NCBI GenBank assembly: GCA_976226885.1
Contig: OZ320316.1
Span: 88,164,001-88,228,000 of the forward strand
Length of the DNA: 64,000 nucleotides
Origin: Iphione sp. A-MEVVRFRX5
Lineage: Eukaryota
Direction: 5' to 3'
Both the position numbers and the translations under genes were made by a program. The notes beneath the pieces are model-generated. The model saw only the letters and a list, made by a program, of their open reading frames with translations. It made no database searches and had not been told where the DNA came from. Shown here in pieces: positions 42,401 to 58,300 of the stretch (within the stretch, counting starts at the first letter, position 1; each line of letters starts with the position of its first letter).

Positions 42401-45400
42401 CGCGGACCGTACAGTGCACTAAAAGGCCATCGGCTAGCAGCCAGGCTTGTCTTTTGGCTGCAGATGACAGGCGTTCGCCAGCTCTGCTCTAGGCAGGGGC
42501 TCTTTCCGCCCGACTGGGGAATCGGGTCGGTATGCTGGTCTCGGCAGTTGTCGGACTGGTGGTAGATGGAGATAGCCGGCTTGCTGCCTCCGACACTCGC
42601 CAGGGGCCTTAGCTCTAGACCTGGCTCCCAAGCTACCTGCCTCTGAACGGAATGCTAAAGACAGCCGCTAGTCATTAATGTCATGAAAAACCCATGAGGG
42701 GCTCTGCGTGCGCAATACGGGCACAAGGCCAGGCGATGCGGGTAGTTGACACGGTCGTGGAAAAGTATCAACTCATGACGTCCAGTAAACAGATGAAAAT
42801 GTAGGCCTTACTTCTTTGCACGCCGGGTATGTATAAATGTGCTTTCGTGTACGTTCATAGCATTTTATCAGCGGACTGCTCTTGTGAACGTTTACTCATA
42901 CAGAGGGCAGTGGGTTGCTTGAAAGCTGTTTTTCTCTTCCTTCTTGAAATATAAATGACCAAGTTCTTAAAAGCGTCGCTCTCTAAGGTGCTTTTACCAT
43001 GGCTCGTCATGAAGTGGACTCTTACGCATTTGCAGGCCTTGTCTTCACAGCACAGGAAGACAGTAGACGGTGCGATAGGCAGCTGTGGACGAGGCAGGTC
43101 TATTAGTAGCGGTGCCCACCGTCCACTTAGACCTATTGCTGGATGACGTGGCCTGCACTCTGAGCAGACATCGCGAAACTCGCCAATACTACTGTAGCGA
43201 TCGCAGTCAACATTAAACAAGCTCGGCCATGCCAGTCGATGAGTTGGCCTGTACGTAAAGTTGTCCTTCACAGGGGTCTCTGCTGATTGCCCTTTGTGAC
43301 ACATCAGGTCTTCAATGAAAGTAATTTAAAGCATAGGGGGAATGCGTTTTTCCCGGTCAATGAATCTTTTTTTCATCAGTGGGAATTATTGCTTAACAGT
43401 TCTATTATAACATGACCCGTAGACTTGCAAGTATAGGGGCTAGTGTCAGAGGCCTTTCCATACCGGGCTGCCATGGGTGCCACTGTGCAGCTTTGATAAC
43501 AGCAACCTATTCCTTCCTTATTGATCCCCGTTCTCGGTAGGCCTTCAATAATGGATCCCACAGGCTTTCCTATTGCTCTATCATTCGAACGACAGAAACA
43601 TTGCGGTCACATACGAATTCTGTAGACATAGCATTTCAATTCATGGGCCCATTAGGCAGAAGTACATAGGCTCACACCTGGCACCGGGTATTCATTAGGT
43701 AAACTCGACTGTGATCAAACCTACACTGGACACACGAGTATATTTACATGTCACCATCCGTCTTCATATATCACTGCCTCAGCAGTGCATTGCCACCAAT
43801 GCCAATAAGGTGCGAAGACAGTCTACTTGTGAGGCGTTCACTGGCTAAGGTTGTGAGGGTCTCATTCAGATTGGTAGATAAAAATATCCTCTAAGTTTCT
43901 TCTTGTAACATTGCTTGTTGTGTATTCATACCCACGAAAACTGTGTTATATGATGTAATCTGAATATTTGGAAACAAAATATTTGTGGTTAGAGACGACA
44001 AAGTCACGACTGATACTGTTCAAATTATTGAAGTGTTCGATGAGCCATGCCAATTTTATTTTTCTAACCCTTGAAAATATGACAAGAGACAAAGTGTTTT
44101 TTAAAGGATTAGCTGTCAGGAGTGTATCAGTTGCAAGCAGGGAGCACAAACTCTCTGACAACGTGCCTGCCTCTCGGGGCATCTACAGAGGAAAGCATAT
44201 GATCATTGGGGCGGTAGAATAGAACCGGAAGTAAGCGGGAAACCCCTTCTTCACTGGTCATCAGTTGTTATCAGCAGCGACGGCGAACTCCTTTATATCG
44301 CAGGCCATTCGCAGTCATCGATCTGTCAGTTGTATGGATCAATAGACGGCGTTATCTGCCCTAGAGCATCGGTCGCCATCCATTATCGGCCTCGACCAAC
44401 GTGGAGACCCGCCTACAATACCGTAGATTACGGAACACCTTCTTGTGCCAACCGGAGGCCAGCACTGTGGCTTCGTTAGCGAATCCATGTGGCTTCATTA
44501 CCCACGACCTGGCCGCGTCAGGTGGGCGCCTCGTTAACGACTGGTTTCCTTCCGCCAAAAGTAGCTTAGTGGGAGAAGTATTCGAGCCAGCACACAACCC
44601 TTTCAAGCTGAAATTGATGTTCATACACGTAAATACACGCATAAAAATATATTTGTATAAATATCCTCTATAGCTGAAAGTCTGAAAATTATCGAAATCA
44701 TTTCCCTTCTTTCGTGACCCTTAAACAATATTGTTACTAGCAAATGAGAATCGGTTCTGTTGACCTTCAGAATTTTTTGTTTGAACAACTCTAAAACGGT
44801 CCAGCAGAGGTGATAATACCCTCAACTTAGACAATCAGCGACGGAAAGCACGAGTTGATGCTCCCTAGCACTCTCAACTGTGTATGGTGCGAAGCGTCTG
44901 TAGTCACAAATGTCGAATGAGTCAAAACTAATTCTACCATATACCACAATTTGGTCACAATGAAAGTATCATATCCCTATCCTGGCAGAAGGGTCACTAA
45001 GTGCGTGTGAACGTCAGGAGTATTTATATACTGTTACTCATAGTCTTATTATTCCTGGGTGAATTTCTAAGACGCAAATGATATGGTTAACAACACAATG
45101 CCGTACAAATCTAATCGATAGTGCTCTCTCTGTGTTCAAAGGTTGTCTGTTCCGACATCTTTTTATGGCTGGGGGTGACATTGGAGAACGGTTCAATACG
45201 TTTTACAGTCCCCTGTATCGCGTCGGTACATTTAACTGTATAAGAGAGAAAATGGATGCCGGTTTTCTTAGCTCAAAGCAAATAAAAAGAAAGAGATTAA
45301 CAATACTGGTTGTGAATTTCATTCAGCATTGACTGACTGTTTATATTTCTTTTGATAAGAGAGAGTGACTGTTGAGCGTTAAACCTTTAGTGATGGCTGC

Positions 45401-48400
45401 GCGCCCTGTTACAATGAGAAGGTTTAAATTCCTGGAGGACTTGGCTCTTGGCCGGGGAGGGTCATCAGCGTCGCGGTGGCTGACCAAGGGGACCTGTTGA
45501 TCATAGGCTGGCGAGCCAAGGCCTACTGCTCGGTCAGTCGCTGGACGACACCAGTTGATTTAGATCTCCCAAGGGGTCGATAGCATCTGATGACCAGGTC
45601 AAGAGTAGAGCCGCCCGTGAAGCCACAACCCAAACCACTCTCCTTTCTGTGGCATCTGGACGTGGCACTTGAGCTGGAGAAATTGAGATTGGAGGTCAGA
45701 GACCGGATTTATTATCGCTGATCAGCTATAATGCCATTGATCCTAATCCATATGCATCGGATGCTTATATGTATAATTCAGGATCCTGCGACATGGGATT
45801 GAATGTTTTTTCCTGCCTCTGCTTTCTCTTTAATGCATATCCACAAAGTGCAATTACCAAGTGCATCTAGTTAGTATTTGTGTTTTTAACTTGCCGTTTT
45901 AATTCTATATTTTCTCTTTGAACTAAGATGTGACAATTACCATACAGCTATATTCGCCTTAGTAGATAAATTCGAATATTAACATATCTGTCAAATACCT
46001 TCTTGACCAGTGACCTGCCGTAGACGTGACTGACCTGAATGGCCACGAGGGAGTTTGTAGCATATCCTCCCCTTGCAGCCGTCAGTAGACAGGGCGGCAG
46101 TCAACTATTGTATCTGACGAAACTGTCACACGGTCGATGACCATAGTGACAGAAAGAAGCCTACAAGGGTTGTCACGCAAAGATAAGTGAGTTATCATAG
46201 ATGTGGGAAAATTACATGTTACTATATGCATGTATTTATCCTGCGTGATTCTTTATGATTTCGGCGAGATTCCATTTTAATTTACACGTCTGGGTGCCTT
46301 TGGCAAACACACTGTTGTGTTCGTCAGGAACAGATGGCTGTCACTCGTCTGACCTTCAGTAAAAGAGGCCGCATGTGCAGCGGTCGCTATTTAGTGCAGA
46401 AAGCGACACAAATATGTGTCTTTTTGATTGCTATCCGATGACCGGTGATGAGGTCCGCAAGCCATTGTTTCTCCATTAGAGTCACCATTCATCACAGCCG
46501 ACTGCAGGTATCCTCCAGGGACTGAGAATGAGGGAGGCAGGAATCATGGAGAAGCCTACGGCGACTGCAGTGGCAGCAATAGCCGGCAGGTGTTTCCTGT
46601 CACTCGGATTGGCTGCATGACTCCGCATATTCTTCTCGTGTATTAAATAAATATTTTATATTTTTATTTGCATTATAATTATCACCTTTACAGATTCTAC
46701 CGACCTGTAAGATATTGTATGAATATGTATTTTTAAACTATTAGAAAACTATTCTGTAATCTAATGAAAACGATTCATGCACAAGGATATTTTTCCTGTT
46801 TGGAATTAACTGTTTACAGACATGTAGTCAGCTCAGGTCCTACATATCATCACAATTCTGGATGAAGGGAGTAACACGTTTATTTTTAAACTGTATCTTA
46901 GATAGACAGTACATGTATACTGTCGGAAAATGAAGATGGATTGCCTTATAACATCGACACTACGTGTAACCGTCTGGAATGCGTCAACTCCCTGATGCAG
47001 TTTCCTGAAAGGTTCCGTTGACATATAAATACCACATACATCACACTTTGTTCGTCACCATGACTACTGTTTGCGACTGGGGCTGGTTGAATAGGAAATT
47101 GTCTTTCCCCAAGCCCCAAAATAAAGTTCTTAACTAGAAGAAACTTTCTGAGGCTGCCTCTTGGTTGGGTAACTTACACACCTAGCATCTTTCGTATATC
47201 TCTTAGAATGAGATAAGAATCACATCGACTGCTACCAAGGATGTGTAGAGCGCCCATTGTAGACGCGAACTAATTAATAATCACGACCATTTTCTGCTTG
47301 ATTGAGTAGTGGATGCGATGGTCATGTCTCCGGCAGATAAGACTAGTTAATTAATACGATGCTTCCTAAGTAGTAAGTGAGGCCTCCTCCAACAGCAATG
47401 TATCTATGTCGGAGAACAAAAGGCTCTTCAGGTATATACAGTGTGCAAAAAGAAGCGTGCACTTAGGGCCCGACGTAATTCCCTTAAGAAAGACAGAGTC
47501 CTTCCCTCCTTCTGAAAACAATGCTGGTGTCCTGCCATGTATAATTAAACAACCCTCGAATCAGGAGCTAATTTCAAAAGATATTTTATATGTCATTGTA
47601 AAGGGAGAAAGTACAGCTTCATTAGTGATAAAAGCAAAGGCAATGCTTTTTATGTGTCCCCTCCTCGCTTCCATCGCTTTTAACTACACAAGTTCAACAC
47701 GTAGTAATTCATGTTCTAGAACTACTTCTCATTAGGACCAGGTACCCTCCATCATGCTATAGTCTGGGATAAAGGATACAGTTCTAACACTCAGTATGAG
47801 GTACACCAAAGAAAGAAATAACATACACACCTCTTTTTAAAGACAGCTAACAGTGACAAATGTCTTAAAGGAAAAAGATCACCTGGGAAGGATTGAAAGG
47901 GGTCAGTCTTTCATCAGCTTGTGTCGTATTTTCTGTTTGAAAAGGGAACACGAGCCAAAGTGTCTTTTCTATCAGCATCTATAGAATACGAGCGCACCAA
48001 AAAGCGAAGACCTTCATCTGGCTTGCGTCAAATGAAGCTAAATATAGGTGCCTACATTTTTTTCTTACAGACTGTATGCTATACTGCACTTGTTTTAAAT
48101 GATGTTTACGTGTCTTAAAAGTTAGATGGAGCCTTGATACCCATACACAAATATATTCGTCATTTTTTCTGTAAGAGTAAAGCTGTCACGTATTACAGTC
48201 TAGTTATGGTCATCGTTAGAGCGAATGCTACATCCAGCGTTATATCAGCCATGCTCTTGGTATAAGCATGAACGGGTCGGTGTGACAGAGCTTTACAGAG
48301 CGGCTCAAAACAGCGTGGCCATGAACTGTTTATGACCTGGTTCAGCTGCGCTTATGAAACATTGGGCCCCCATAAATAACTCTATATTGGCCCGAAACAT

Positions 48401-51400
48401 CGAAGGTTGCTTGTAGATGTACGGGCACATAACCTCAGTGGAGCTACATAATCCTTTACGGAGGTAGTTAATATGGCTTCTGAAGATTACTGGACCTCTC
48501 CCGAATAAGAGGGAACATTACGTAAACTGCCTCACATGGATACATTCACTTTTTATTTAACAGTAATCCCCACATTGACTTCAGAAGCCTCTAGCACAAA
48601 AGTGTATACAACGGGTAAGAAATTAGGCAAAGTGTAGATCAAAGTTTGTCTATTCGGGATAGAAACATAGTTCTCCTTGTACCAGGAGGAAAACATGGTG
48701 ATAATACCGCACGTCCATTGCTGAATACGACTGTGGCCACCTACAAATAGACTTGAAGCATTAAGAAGATGGTGCAGAACGTGTTACTTGCGCTCACTGG
48801 ATTAAAACGTGCTTTAATTTGCTTTAAATTAGATCACCACCTTTCTTTGACAAACCTCCCGCCATTTCTGTTCATGTCAGCCACCGTTCGCAACAGACGC
48901 AAAATACGACAATGCGGTTGTAGTCCTGTCGCGTCACTGACAACGGCCCTCCCCGCTACTGTTTCATGCCCAAGGGAAACACCCTGCGGGCCCGTCGCAG
49001 CTGATATTTGTGATTTTCGCCAATAATTGGGGATTTTCCTTTTTGAGACATCGACTTTCTCATTAAATTCTTGAGTAAACATCAGAACTGCTGGTGTCAA
49101 AAGCTTTTTACATGGTAACCAATAATTAGTGAACTTATCGTTTTGACACGCGTCAAGAATCTCGCTCGTGCATACAATTTGCAGAATTGCACTCTCATGA
49201 AGTGCGTCCTTACAAGAGGAGCAATTGCATATTCAAAGCATTTATTATTAGAGTTGAGCGTAGATCGGACTGATTGGCAATGACGCCGACGAAGGCAATG
49301 ATAAACCGCGACCGATGCGTTCCTGGCATCGCGCATGACCGACCCATTGACCGATGGCTACTGGCAACTGTTGTCAATGGGGACGACGTCGTAGAGCGTG
49401 ACGATTGATCCCTTGATATCATTATAACCCCGACCGCCGTCGACTACCGCGATAACGAGCGAAGTGATGAGCATAATTAGAACAATTAGGAGACAATGGA
49501 GATAACGAAGGCATGGGTGGCGCTCACTTGGCCTTTTCTTTGTCGGCTCCGCCCTGTGGAGCAGGGATTGCCTTATAGTGTCATGCTGCCGATGGCGCCC
49601 ATTCCATGTGAACGTTAGCCTTACTCAGCATGGTCGCATGCGTCCCCATTAATGGTTGGCTTATAACCTACAACGCTATGGCCGTGACAGGGTGCTCGTC
49701 TGTCCCACATGTAACAGCAATTCTTTCTTATAATGACATCATTGAGAAATGATATCGTGCACTCCGCCCATGGCAAGCTTCTTGTTACACACGCGAAGGA
49801 TTACATATCAGGCATCGTGAATACACTTCACACAGTTGTATACACGTTCAGTAAGAGACCATGTAGCTCTAGCAGTTGTTCGTTTGGCTCGTACAGATAG
49901 TATATTACATACAGTAGCCACGTCAGCTGATCGTACATGCGTTGGTTTTTTCCCTTGGAATTATGTTCATTAATGGAGGCAGGGGATTCCTTTTGCCTGT
50001 AGCATTATTCTGTGCACAATGACCCCCCTAAGAAAAGGAGGAGACTGCCTGCCGCCAACTGGTACAGAAAGATGTCCATGGTCTTTGCAGGTAAGAAGCA
50101 TAGATTCCCAAGGGTCTAAAAATACTGTTGCCACGCAATAAAGCCATCACTATGGTCCGGGATCTTCACGACTTTCAATCACACATCAGGACAAAGCTTT
50201 ACCCTCGTATGCTCATAGCAATGATATACATTTATCTAGGTGAACTTTCTATCTTATGAAAAATCGATTGTTTGTCTAAGGCGTTGTTAAAAGCAAATGC
50301 GAGGCACAGGATACCCTTTGAGGTGAACATTTCATGATCTGTATCAATTAAGGGAGTCGCTCGCAGTAGATAAGGTAAGTGTTTGGCGCAGTGTCACGAA
50401 GCATCAGAAACAAAGAGAGACAATGGGGTGCCGCGATGGAGAGGAGAGATGGTCACTGTGATAGGGGTCACATCCTCTCAGCCCGGGGACAAACAGGGTG
50501 CCGCTGCCAATGACGCGCCAATCTCCGGAAAGCCGTTTTACATGATTTGGTCTCAACATGATGGCTGACATGCGCTCCAACATGAAGCCCGCGTACCATG
50601 ACCTTTTGGTAGAGGTCAACGCACACAGGGACTGATTTCATATCAGCAGGTGACCGCTGAGGCCTGCAACAGACAAATGTGAACGCACCATCTATATTAC
50701 TGTATACGCAGGATTGCCAAATGAATCTTTCCCTGTTTTCCCCTGTGTCAGTGGTCATAATGAGTACATGTATTCGTACATCATTCATCTAATATTTTTG
50801 GCCACAAACATGTGGATATATAAATATATACATGTAAATGAATGTCCTGCACAAAGAGGAATCTCTTGTGGACCGTAATGCTAATGCTAAATATATTTGC
50901 AGTACATATATTCATGTCAGTGAACGTGATGTTAAACTTATTACATGTACATATTTTATGCGAAGTAAATCTGGGCGATGAGGATGTTTTGCATAGGAGG
51001 GGACACATAATGCAGGTGAATATTTTGTATCCAAAATACGCATAAGGACGGAAGGGCAAAGAAGTACATGTATATATTGGACGTGTTTCTGTCCCGCTGA
51101 AGCCATAGAGATGGAGCTCCGGGACTGTTCTCTGCAGTTTCTGATTAAACAACGATCTGATTACTAAGTCCTGCAGATAAGGGATTCTCCCCTCATCACC
51201 GAAGTGCGCTGTGCCACGGCGTCTGTCCGTAGTCGCTGCAGCATGCTGTCTGTACTCCACTGATCCTAGATCTATACAGATCAGGTTCACAGAGGAAACA
51301 CCCCACGCTCGCCTGCCTGTTATCTCATACACACTGTGGCCTTACTTGCTGCTGAAATAGCACGTGCAGTGATACGCATGTAACAAATAGTCCCAGAAGG

Positions 51401-54400
51401 ACACTGATACCCACGCGGGAGGAGAGTGTAGCGTTCCCGTAATAAGTTCATTTTAGAATCACATAAATCAGAAACGAAATGCTCGAGGGGAATATCATAG
51501 AAAAACACCACATGAGGCATAGATAAACATCCAGTAGGTTTCCTACTAATGGTTGTTTATCTCCTTAAACGTTGTTGGCATGTACACATAACATCGCCAT
51601 GAATATAGTGAACGCAATTCTTTTAGTAGAGCCAATCCGTTATATGTTCCAGCCACAGGAAATCCGCAAATATGGCTTAGAACCATGTTGGGCCATGTGG
51701 TTACGAAAAACTTTTCAGAGTAAACATATCAACTCTTGAATGATGGTATAAACCTCTTTGTCTCAAGTGCCATTAATGCGGCAATAACTCAAGATAACCG
51801 GGTAGAGCATTTACCAGAAACTAGTTTTTGCGCTACTGGCACGACCTTTCTCAGTGGTATTTTTGTGTACGTTTCCATTGTTCGTAGCCCAGTGCGGTAT
51901 CTATCCTTCAGCGGCCACTAAACTGGCACGCCCATTACGCCGTTTCTTTATGTAAGTAAACCAACTGAAGACGCTCATAGCTCTGCTCAGTGAGAGTCCA
52001 CATGGCCCCGGCTTGCCTCTAATAACCTCGCATCTGTCAGCGCCGGTAGCGACAGGGAATCGTCAGTCGCCGCCGACTGTCATCGACGAACCTCATTCAT
52101 TCGATAGTGTGGCGTTAGCACCGAGTCATCAGTGTGCAAGATGCCAGCAAAAACGGTGGAGTGCGAGGTAGCTTCGGTAAGTTTAGCCTGGGCGATTTAG
52201 AGTGGCTTAGTAGGAATGGATGATTCACGCTGGCCATGCATGCGAGAAAGAGACCCTATTTGCATTCGTCGAGTACTTGCTTCTACCCACTGGTATTGTT
52301 ATATTTCAAAATACTACTACTTGTGTAAAATTTCTAAACCATTGCAGAAACTTAGGTGTACGTGGGCGTTACTATACGATATAATGTATGTGGCAGGGGA
52401 TTTATCTAGAGAATGATTAAGTAGTCTTGATGGGAAGCACCGCAGCAGCTACGATGAGAAGACGGAAAAGTGAGCGGTTGTCATGGCGACGCCTGCTGGG
52501 GTGTGACAATGGGACCAAGGCGGCCGTCTACTGGGATCACTCCTCCCGGCGCCGGTTGTGAGAAAGCAAGGTGCGACGAGCGCATACACGTACAGGTAAC
52601 CAAGGTAACCAGGTGATCCATCCACATCTCCTGGTTGGCGGGTGGGGCCGGTGTCTCGCCTCCAATACCCCTTGCTTTAGACCCGACTTTACTTGTGGGC
52701 GGGAAACATGCAGCGGAACAAGCATCACATGGCAGTTTCACATGTCGCTTGTCAGTACCATTTCAACTTCTGGGCAGCCTCAGGAAACTAAGCAAGGCGG
52801 TTTCGGTAACTCAGGCAAAAATAACTCGAGTCAGGCATTCGCCGACCTGCATTTATTAGGATTATTAACCTCACAAAGTGTCATGCAAAAATGCAGTCAA
52901 GCCAACTGGGACACGAGAAATGATATTGCAAAACGACGTGAGGAACTTTTGGGCAGCATTTGTGTAAATGTACAACTGTACAACTACACCGTGTACCTAT
53001 ACATGCACCAGCATAGCACACATGTATCATATATTTGTAATTATACAGAACTAAAGACGGAACTCATTCCATGAGCATAATTTCAGGCATCCGTTGCAGT
53101 ATCATCACTGTCCAGTTATCTCTGGCATGATCTAATGTAATATATATATTATACGTATGTATATCGACAATCTGCATCAGTCCTCGCGATATATAGGTTT
53201 CCCAAAGGCACATTCCGTTATAAATATTCGCCATGGGACGAGTCTAGCATCAACGACATGCAACATTTGTCAGTAAGAGCTAGTAAGTGTCTTCATTGTT
53301 CATAACACAATTAGGGCAGGTCGACGAAAGGGCCACTGCTCATTTCCGGCGTGTCACAAAGGCCCGGATCTTCTCGCGTCTACTGTCATGCACGGTAGCC
53401 ATCAGGCGCGAATTTCGGCACCGGCCGCGCCGGGAACTGTTGCATGCTTGGTGGCTGAGTGAGAAGACAATGCCTGGGGTGCGTGCTTGGCAACATTTAG
53501 CAGGTGCCAACGGGACACCGCTGTTTGTCGGAGGCCTCCCAAGTCCTGTCGCGCGCACACAAAATAATGAGAAGAAGCCCCACATCGCGGCGACGGTGGG
53601 TGTCACTGGCATTCATCAGTGGCGAGCGGCTGCATTCAATACCAATTGTTAAATATATTCGCGCTGCAATTATCCCCCATCATTACAGTCGAATCGGACG
53701 ATTGGCCATCAATCCCGAGCAGCGGGCGGGTAGATGGGCCACTACTGACAGGGCCTGATTCCAGACATGACATTCGCATCCGCACTTCCTACGTCTTTAT
53801 ATCCTTCCATTTCGCTCGCGCACTTGTTTTTCCTCGACATCTGCATCGTCGTCGCCAAACACTTACGTGGCACACTCCATGCCCGTTCGGATCTCCTAGT
53901 CGCCTATGACGGTCGAGAAATTAATGGGTTTTGAAACCGGAGCCAATTTTCATTATTAGACTCGTGGAGCGTTGCGATGGTATAGATAGCGATAGGGGAA
54001 GTTTTGTTTTGTACGTTATCTGTCACATTGGTGAATGCGGCCGGCTTGTTTGTTATCCATATGCCATGCAGGGATGCTGGCTTGGCTCTGTCGACAACCT
54101 GATGTATGCCGAAAGAAGCGACAATGCGTTGTCATCTCAACTCACTGATGACATGTTGATTGAAGGGATTGGCGTTGAGGCGACGTGTTCGCCACATCCC
54201 TCATGTAAATGACAAAATGAAATAATTAAAAACAGATCCTGATATCATCAGATACTTTTTGTGTTAAGTCAAATGCAAATCCCGACAGTGTAATGTTTTA
54301 TGTACGCCATGTTTTATGTAGTTCTTGTAATTGTATTGGGTGCTCGAACCATGCCATTCGTCAAACTGATGTTTTACGTACGGAATACACGTATACCCAC

Positions 54401-55287
54401 AACTTTGTTTCATTTACAATGGAATATTGGCCGACCATATTGATGTTACTTTCAGGGTTTTTTCCATGTTTCGCTAAATATAATGACCAATATTGATAGC
54501 ATAGCTGATATAGTTATATTGTTTTTTCAAGTTTTCCTTTTAATAACGTCCTACCTCTGAGTTTGATGGGCTTCAGATTCTCATAAGAACACGCCAATAA
54601 CTTGTGTGCATATGCAGTCGTGATCTTTAAACATTATTTTCTCCCTAGATTTAATGCATCCAGTCACTGCCACTCCGAACATAGTGGAGATACTACAGGA
54701 AGGAGCCGTGTTACCCGTCGTTAATTGGGTATTCCTAAGCCATACGTTTATATCGAGCATTCTAAAAACCTGTGTTAACACCGCTGGTCAATCGTCGATA
54801 CAGGGTCGGTTAATTTCCCACCCTGGTAAACTGCACCATGGGGAGCCATACATCATTATAATGCTGATAGGTTCAAACATGGAACTCAGTTTTTGTGGAA
54901 GCAGACTATTCATTACAGTCGTCCCTTTGTAACCGATACCTCCTCTTCTAGGCGATCTTGACGGTTATATGGCAATTATCAGTTAAGGACATAGACTAGA
55001 GTACAAGCCTAAAGTACAGTGCTATCCACAAGTCAATCGGTTAAGCATTATTGTCAGCCATGTGGTCGTCGCTTACACAGGAATCACTGTACATAGGTTT
55101 ACACAGGTATATCGAGAGATGACGGGAATTGAAAGATCTGCGGATTGATACAACAGAATAGGAGTTACATTTATGTATAGACACGGTGGTGTGATTTTGG
55201 AATGTATATGCAGAAAGCAACCTAGAATATTTATTTAACACCTCTCCCCAGATGTTCCGGATGGGGCTTTTCCATTGATGTGTTCTA

Positions 55288-55360
<73 letters not shown>
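55288..55360. repeat. (CT)n microsatellite
   Basis: Read directly. Confidence 0.95.
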
Positions 55361-55363
<3 letters not shown>

Positions 55364-58300
55364 CCATCATGTACATATGCACCGCAACCATAGATATGAT
55401 CTTGTTCATTCTCATAATATTGTCACCAAAACCTACAACATATCATGACACATTTTACATAAATCAGACCTAAAAACACAAATTAAATCCAAAATTAGTG
55501 ATCCATTTTAAATAAACTGGTGACAACCGTCGAAACCGTGGTATAGTGGACAGAACCAAGCCAGGTCAATTAAGAAAAAACAGAAAGAAACAATCTCACC
55601 ATTGTGAGACCTTAACTCTGTCACCCCTAGCAACAGGGACAACAGAGAGACTAAAATAGTGGTGAAAGACAGACTGGCAAGCCACAACTCGGTCGCACCT
55701 TGGGGAAGAAACACTAGCAGACGTCTTAACAACCCATAATATAACAAGAAATCTCCGCACCCATACACCACGCACCCATGCACGCACCATGGACTCATTA
55801 CAGCCCTAGGACAATTGTAAATATTGTTATAGAAATTCGTTTATGCAGAACATGTACGATACTTTCACTCCACTCCTGCCAACACTACATATACCACACA
55901 GGCTTTTTAATTCAAGTTTACATCCAGTGAGGTAGTAGATTAATGGGATGGGTTTTCTCATGATACTTAACCGATAACACACAAAAATTGATCGTATTTA
56001 TATTTTCAAAACACGTTATCCAAGAAAGATTTAGATTGAGGACCCTCTAAAATCATACTGCTTGACGTTCGAAGCACCTGTTTGGATACTTAGAATGGAT
56101 AGCTATATGAAACCTCACAGATAAGAAAGGTGCTCCAGAAGCTGAAGAAACAGTTGTCAGTAGTTTATAGAACTGTCACATTCATGCAGGTAACCTGCTG
56201 CAAAGGACGCCACTGTGTCGATAGTATTTACACGCTATCAATTCATTACCTACCAACTCAGGAACGTATTAAGGCCAAAGATGCTGTACAATGTTGAACG
56301 GCAACCTATCTACAATTAAATTAGTTGCTTGAAAATAAATTGTGGTCCTCTTCCGTGGTATGACGTAGGGAATAGAACCTTGTGTATTTGTACCGTTCCC
56401 CCCCAACAATGGAAATACAAGGCTGTTGTCTTATGAAACTTCCCTTTTGCCTATGAAGATGACAGTAAAAGGGCTCTTTTTTCATCCCTGTGTATCCATG
56501 CTTGTGAGGAATTAATTCAACCCTGGGGGCCACATATAGTGGAAAAGAAAAGGTATCCGTTTGTCGTCTTACCGGGGCACCCTGCCTCTTGCAGGTTCTG
56601 ATCTAATTTAGATGCCACGTTGACATGTCATAGCAGCCGAGGCGACCCCGCTAGGTGAAAGGCAACAAAGAGCAGGCTTCCTTGCGGGAGCCCATTACGA
56701 CCGCCTTCTTCCGGTCTTTGAGGAATGGGCTTCAAACAAAAGCATTAAGTTTTATTCAAGTCAAGCTTGCTGCCCAGCGCTGGTGGGCGAGGCGAGCAGT
56801 GCGACCTCCAGCTCGCCCGCTGCCCTCCGGTAACCCCGACTACCACCTCCCCTACTGAACACTGCAGGGGGTTCCGCTGATTACTGCTTTTGGGCAGACA
56901 ATGACTTACTTCTTCTACATCCATGACCTCACAAACTCATTTCTGTAGCAGTGACTCATTACGTGTCATTTTATACAGAACAGAATCCACAGTGTTTAGT
57001 GGGAGTTCCTTAATAGAATGATTAGGTTTTTTTTCTCCATGTGCAAAACCTTCTCCACATAGTGAAATTAGATTTCGTTTCAATGGAAATAACGCATTCA
57101 ACTTAGAACGTACAGCACTATCAAAATTATTCCAAACAAATAAAGCTTTCGGCTTCTCCGTAGTATTTCTTTCTCGTCATGACAGCAGTTTCCCTAAGTA
57201 GCAGCTCAGCGAGAATAGGCCTTCTACTGCTAGGGCATCTGTCATCGCCCTCCTTCCCCACACCCGCACCCTAGGCCCGAGCCCATCATGATCAATCACG
57301 GCCAGAAACCCCTAACCTCAAACCTCAGTCTGCACTGCAGCGACTACAAACAAAGATCGGACGTACACAGCTTTGTGCGTCCGTAATGGCTTTATCGACT
57401 GCCGCACTCCAGACATAAATTTGCCCCGAATCACCGTCGCTTCGGCCGACCTCTGCCAACCTACATCGTACGGCAGGATGATCCCCGATAAAACCTCTGT
57501 CATGTTCGGCGGTTATTTCAATCGACAGCCGGAACCAGGTCGCACGCAATGATGGGTTTGAAGAACCAAGAGTGAATAAAGTTCGGTGGCGTATTATCGA
57601 AAGATGTTCCATTTTCCCTCCGCGCTTCCCGACTGTCTTGGTAAAACGAATATCGGTAAAAGAGTTATACTTTTAAAAATGTCGGTTCATATTTTCACTT
57701 TGATTATACAATAGTTGTATATGACTTATGGTCCATTATCTAAGCACAGCTCAAACAATATGTACGTTCTTAACTCCACATGTATAGAACACACTATATT
57801 TTCCATTTAACAACGTATTATGCATGCCCTGCTCACGAAAGACAGGGTTGTTCCCCAATATGACCTTTCGTATAGAGCTTACTTGATAGACGTCAGCTTT
57901 ACACGAGGATTCTAATGTCAGCGGATGAAAAAATAGAATGGTTATATAGGACAAAACGCATGCGAGCTCTATTCGGGATAATGTCAACATTAATTACTTT
58001 CCTATGATGTATGTTATTCTTTATAATAACCACTAATATCTTTTTAAAGACAGAGACTGCAGTCTTGAAAAAAACGTCATTGTACTGTCAGCGAACATCA
58101 TTTGGAGAGGTCTTTTTTGCTGTGCAAGTGATAGTTTTGCTTGGTAAGTTAGTCTCCATGTTGTATCTAATGAAGAGATCAAGTTGCACCTGACCGGTTT
58201 CAAATGGCATAATACCCTGACCGGTTAGCCGTCGAGGAAACCGTCTGCCGCTTCGTCTCCCGCTCTGCAGCTCAGCTCTGTCGGGGACAGACCGTTGCCA

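Noticed and set aside
42855-43304. 149-aa minus-strand ORF
   Set aside because: No domain signature or exon boundaries; length is within chance expectation for 64 kb.
46694-46706. 13-nt microexon candidate
   Set aside because: Not frame-preserving and the donor is weak; such AG/GT pairs occur by chance.
50781-51332. 183-aa minus-strand ORF
   Set aside because: The second half derives from AT-rich, semi-repetitive sequence; no domain recognised.
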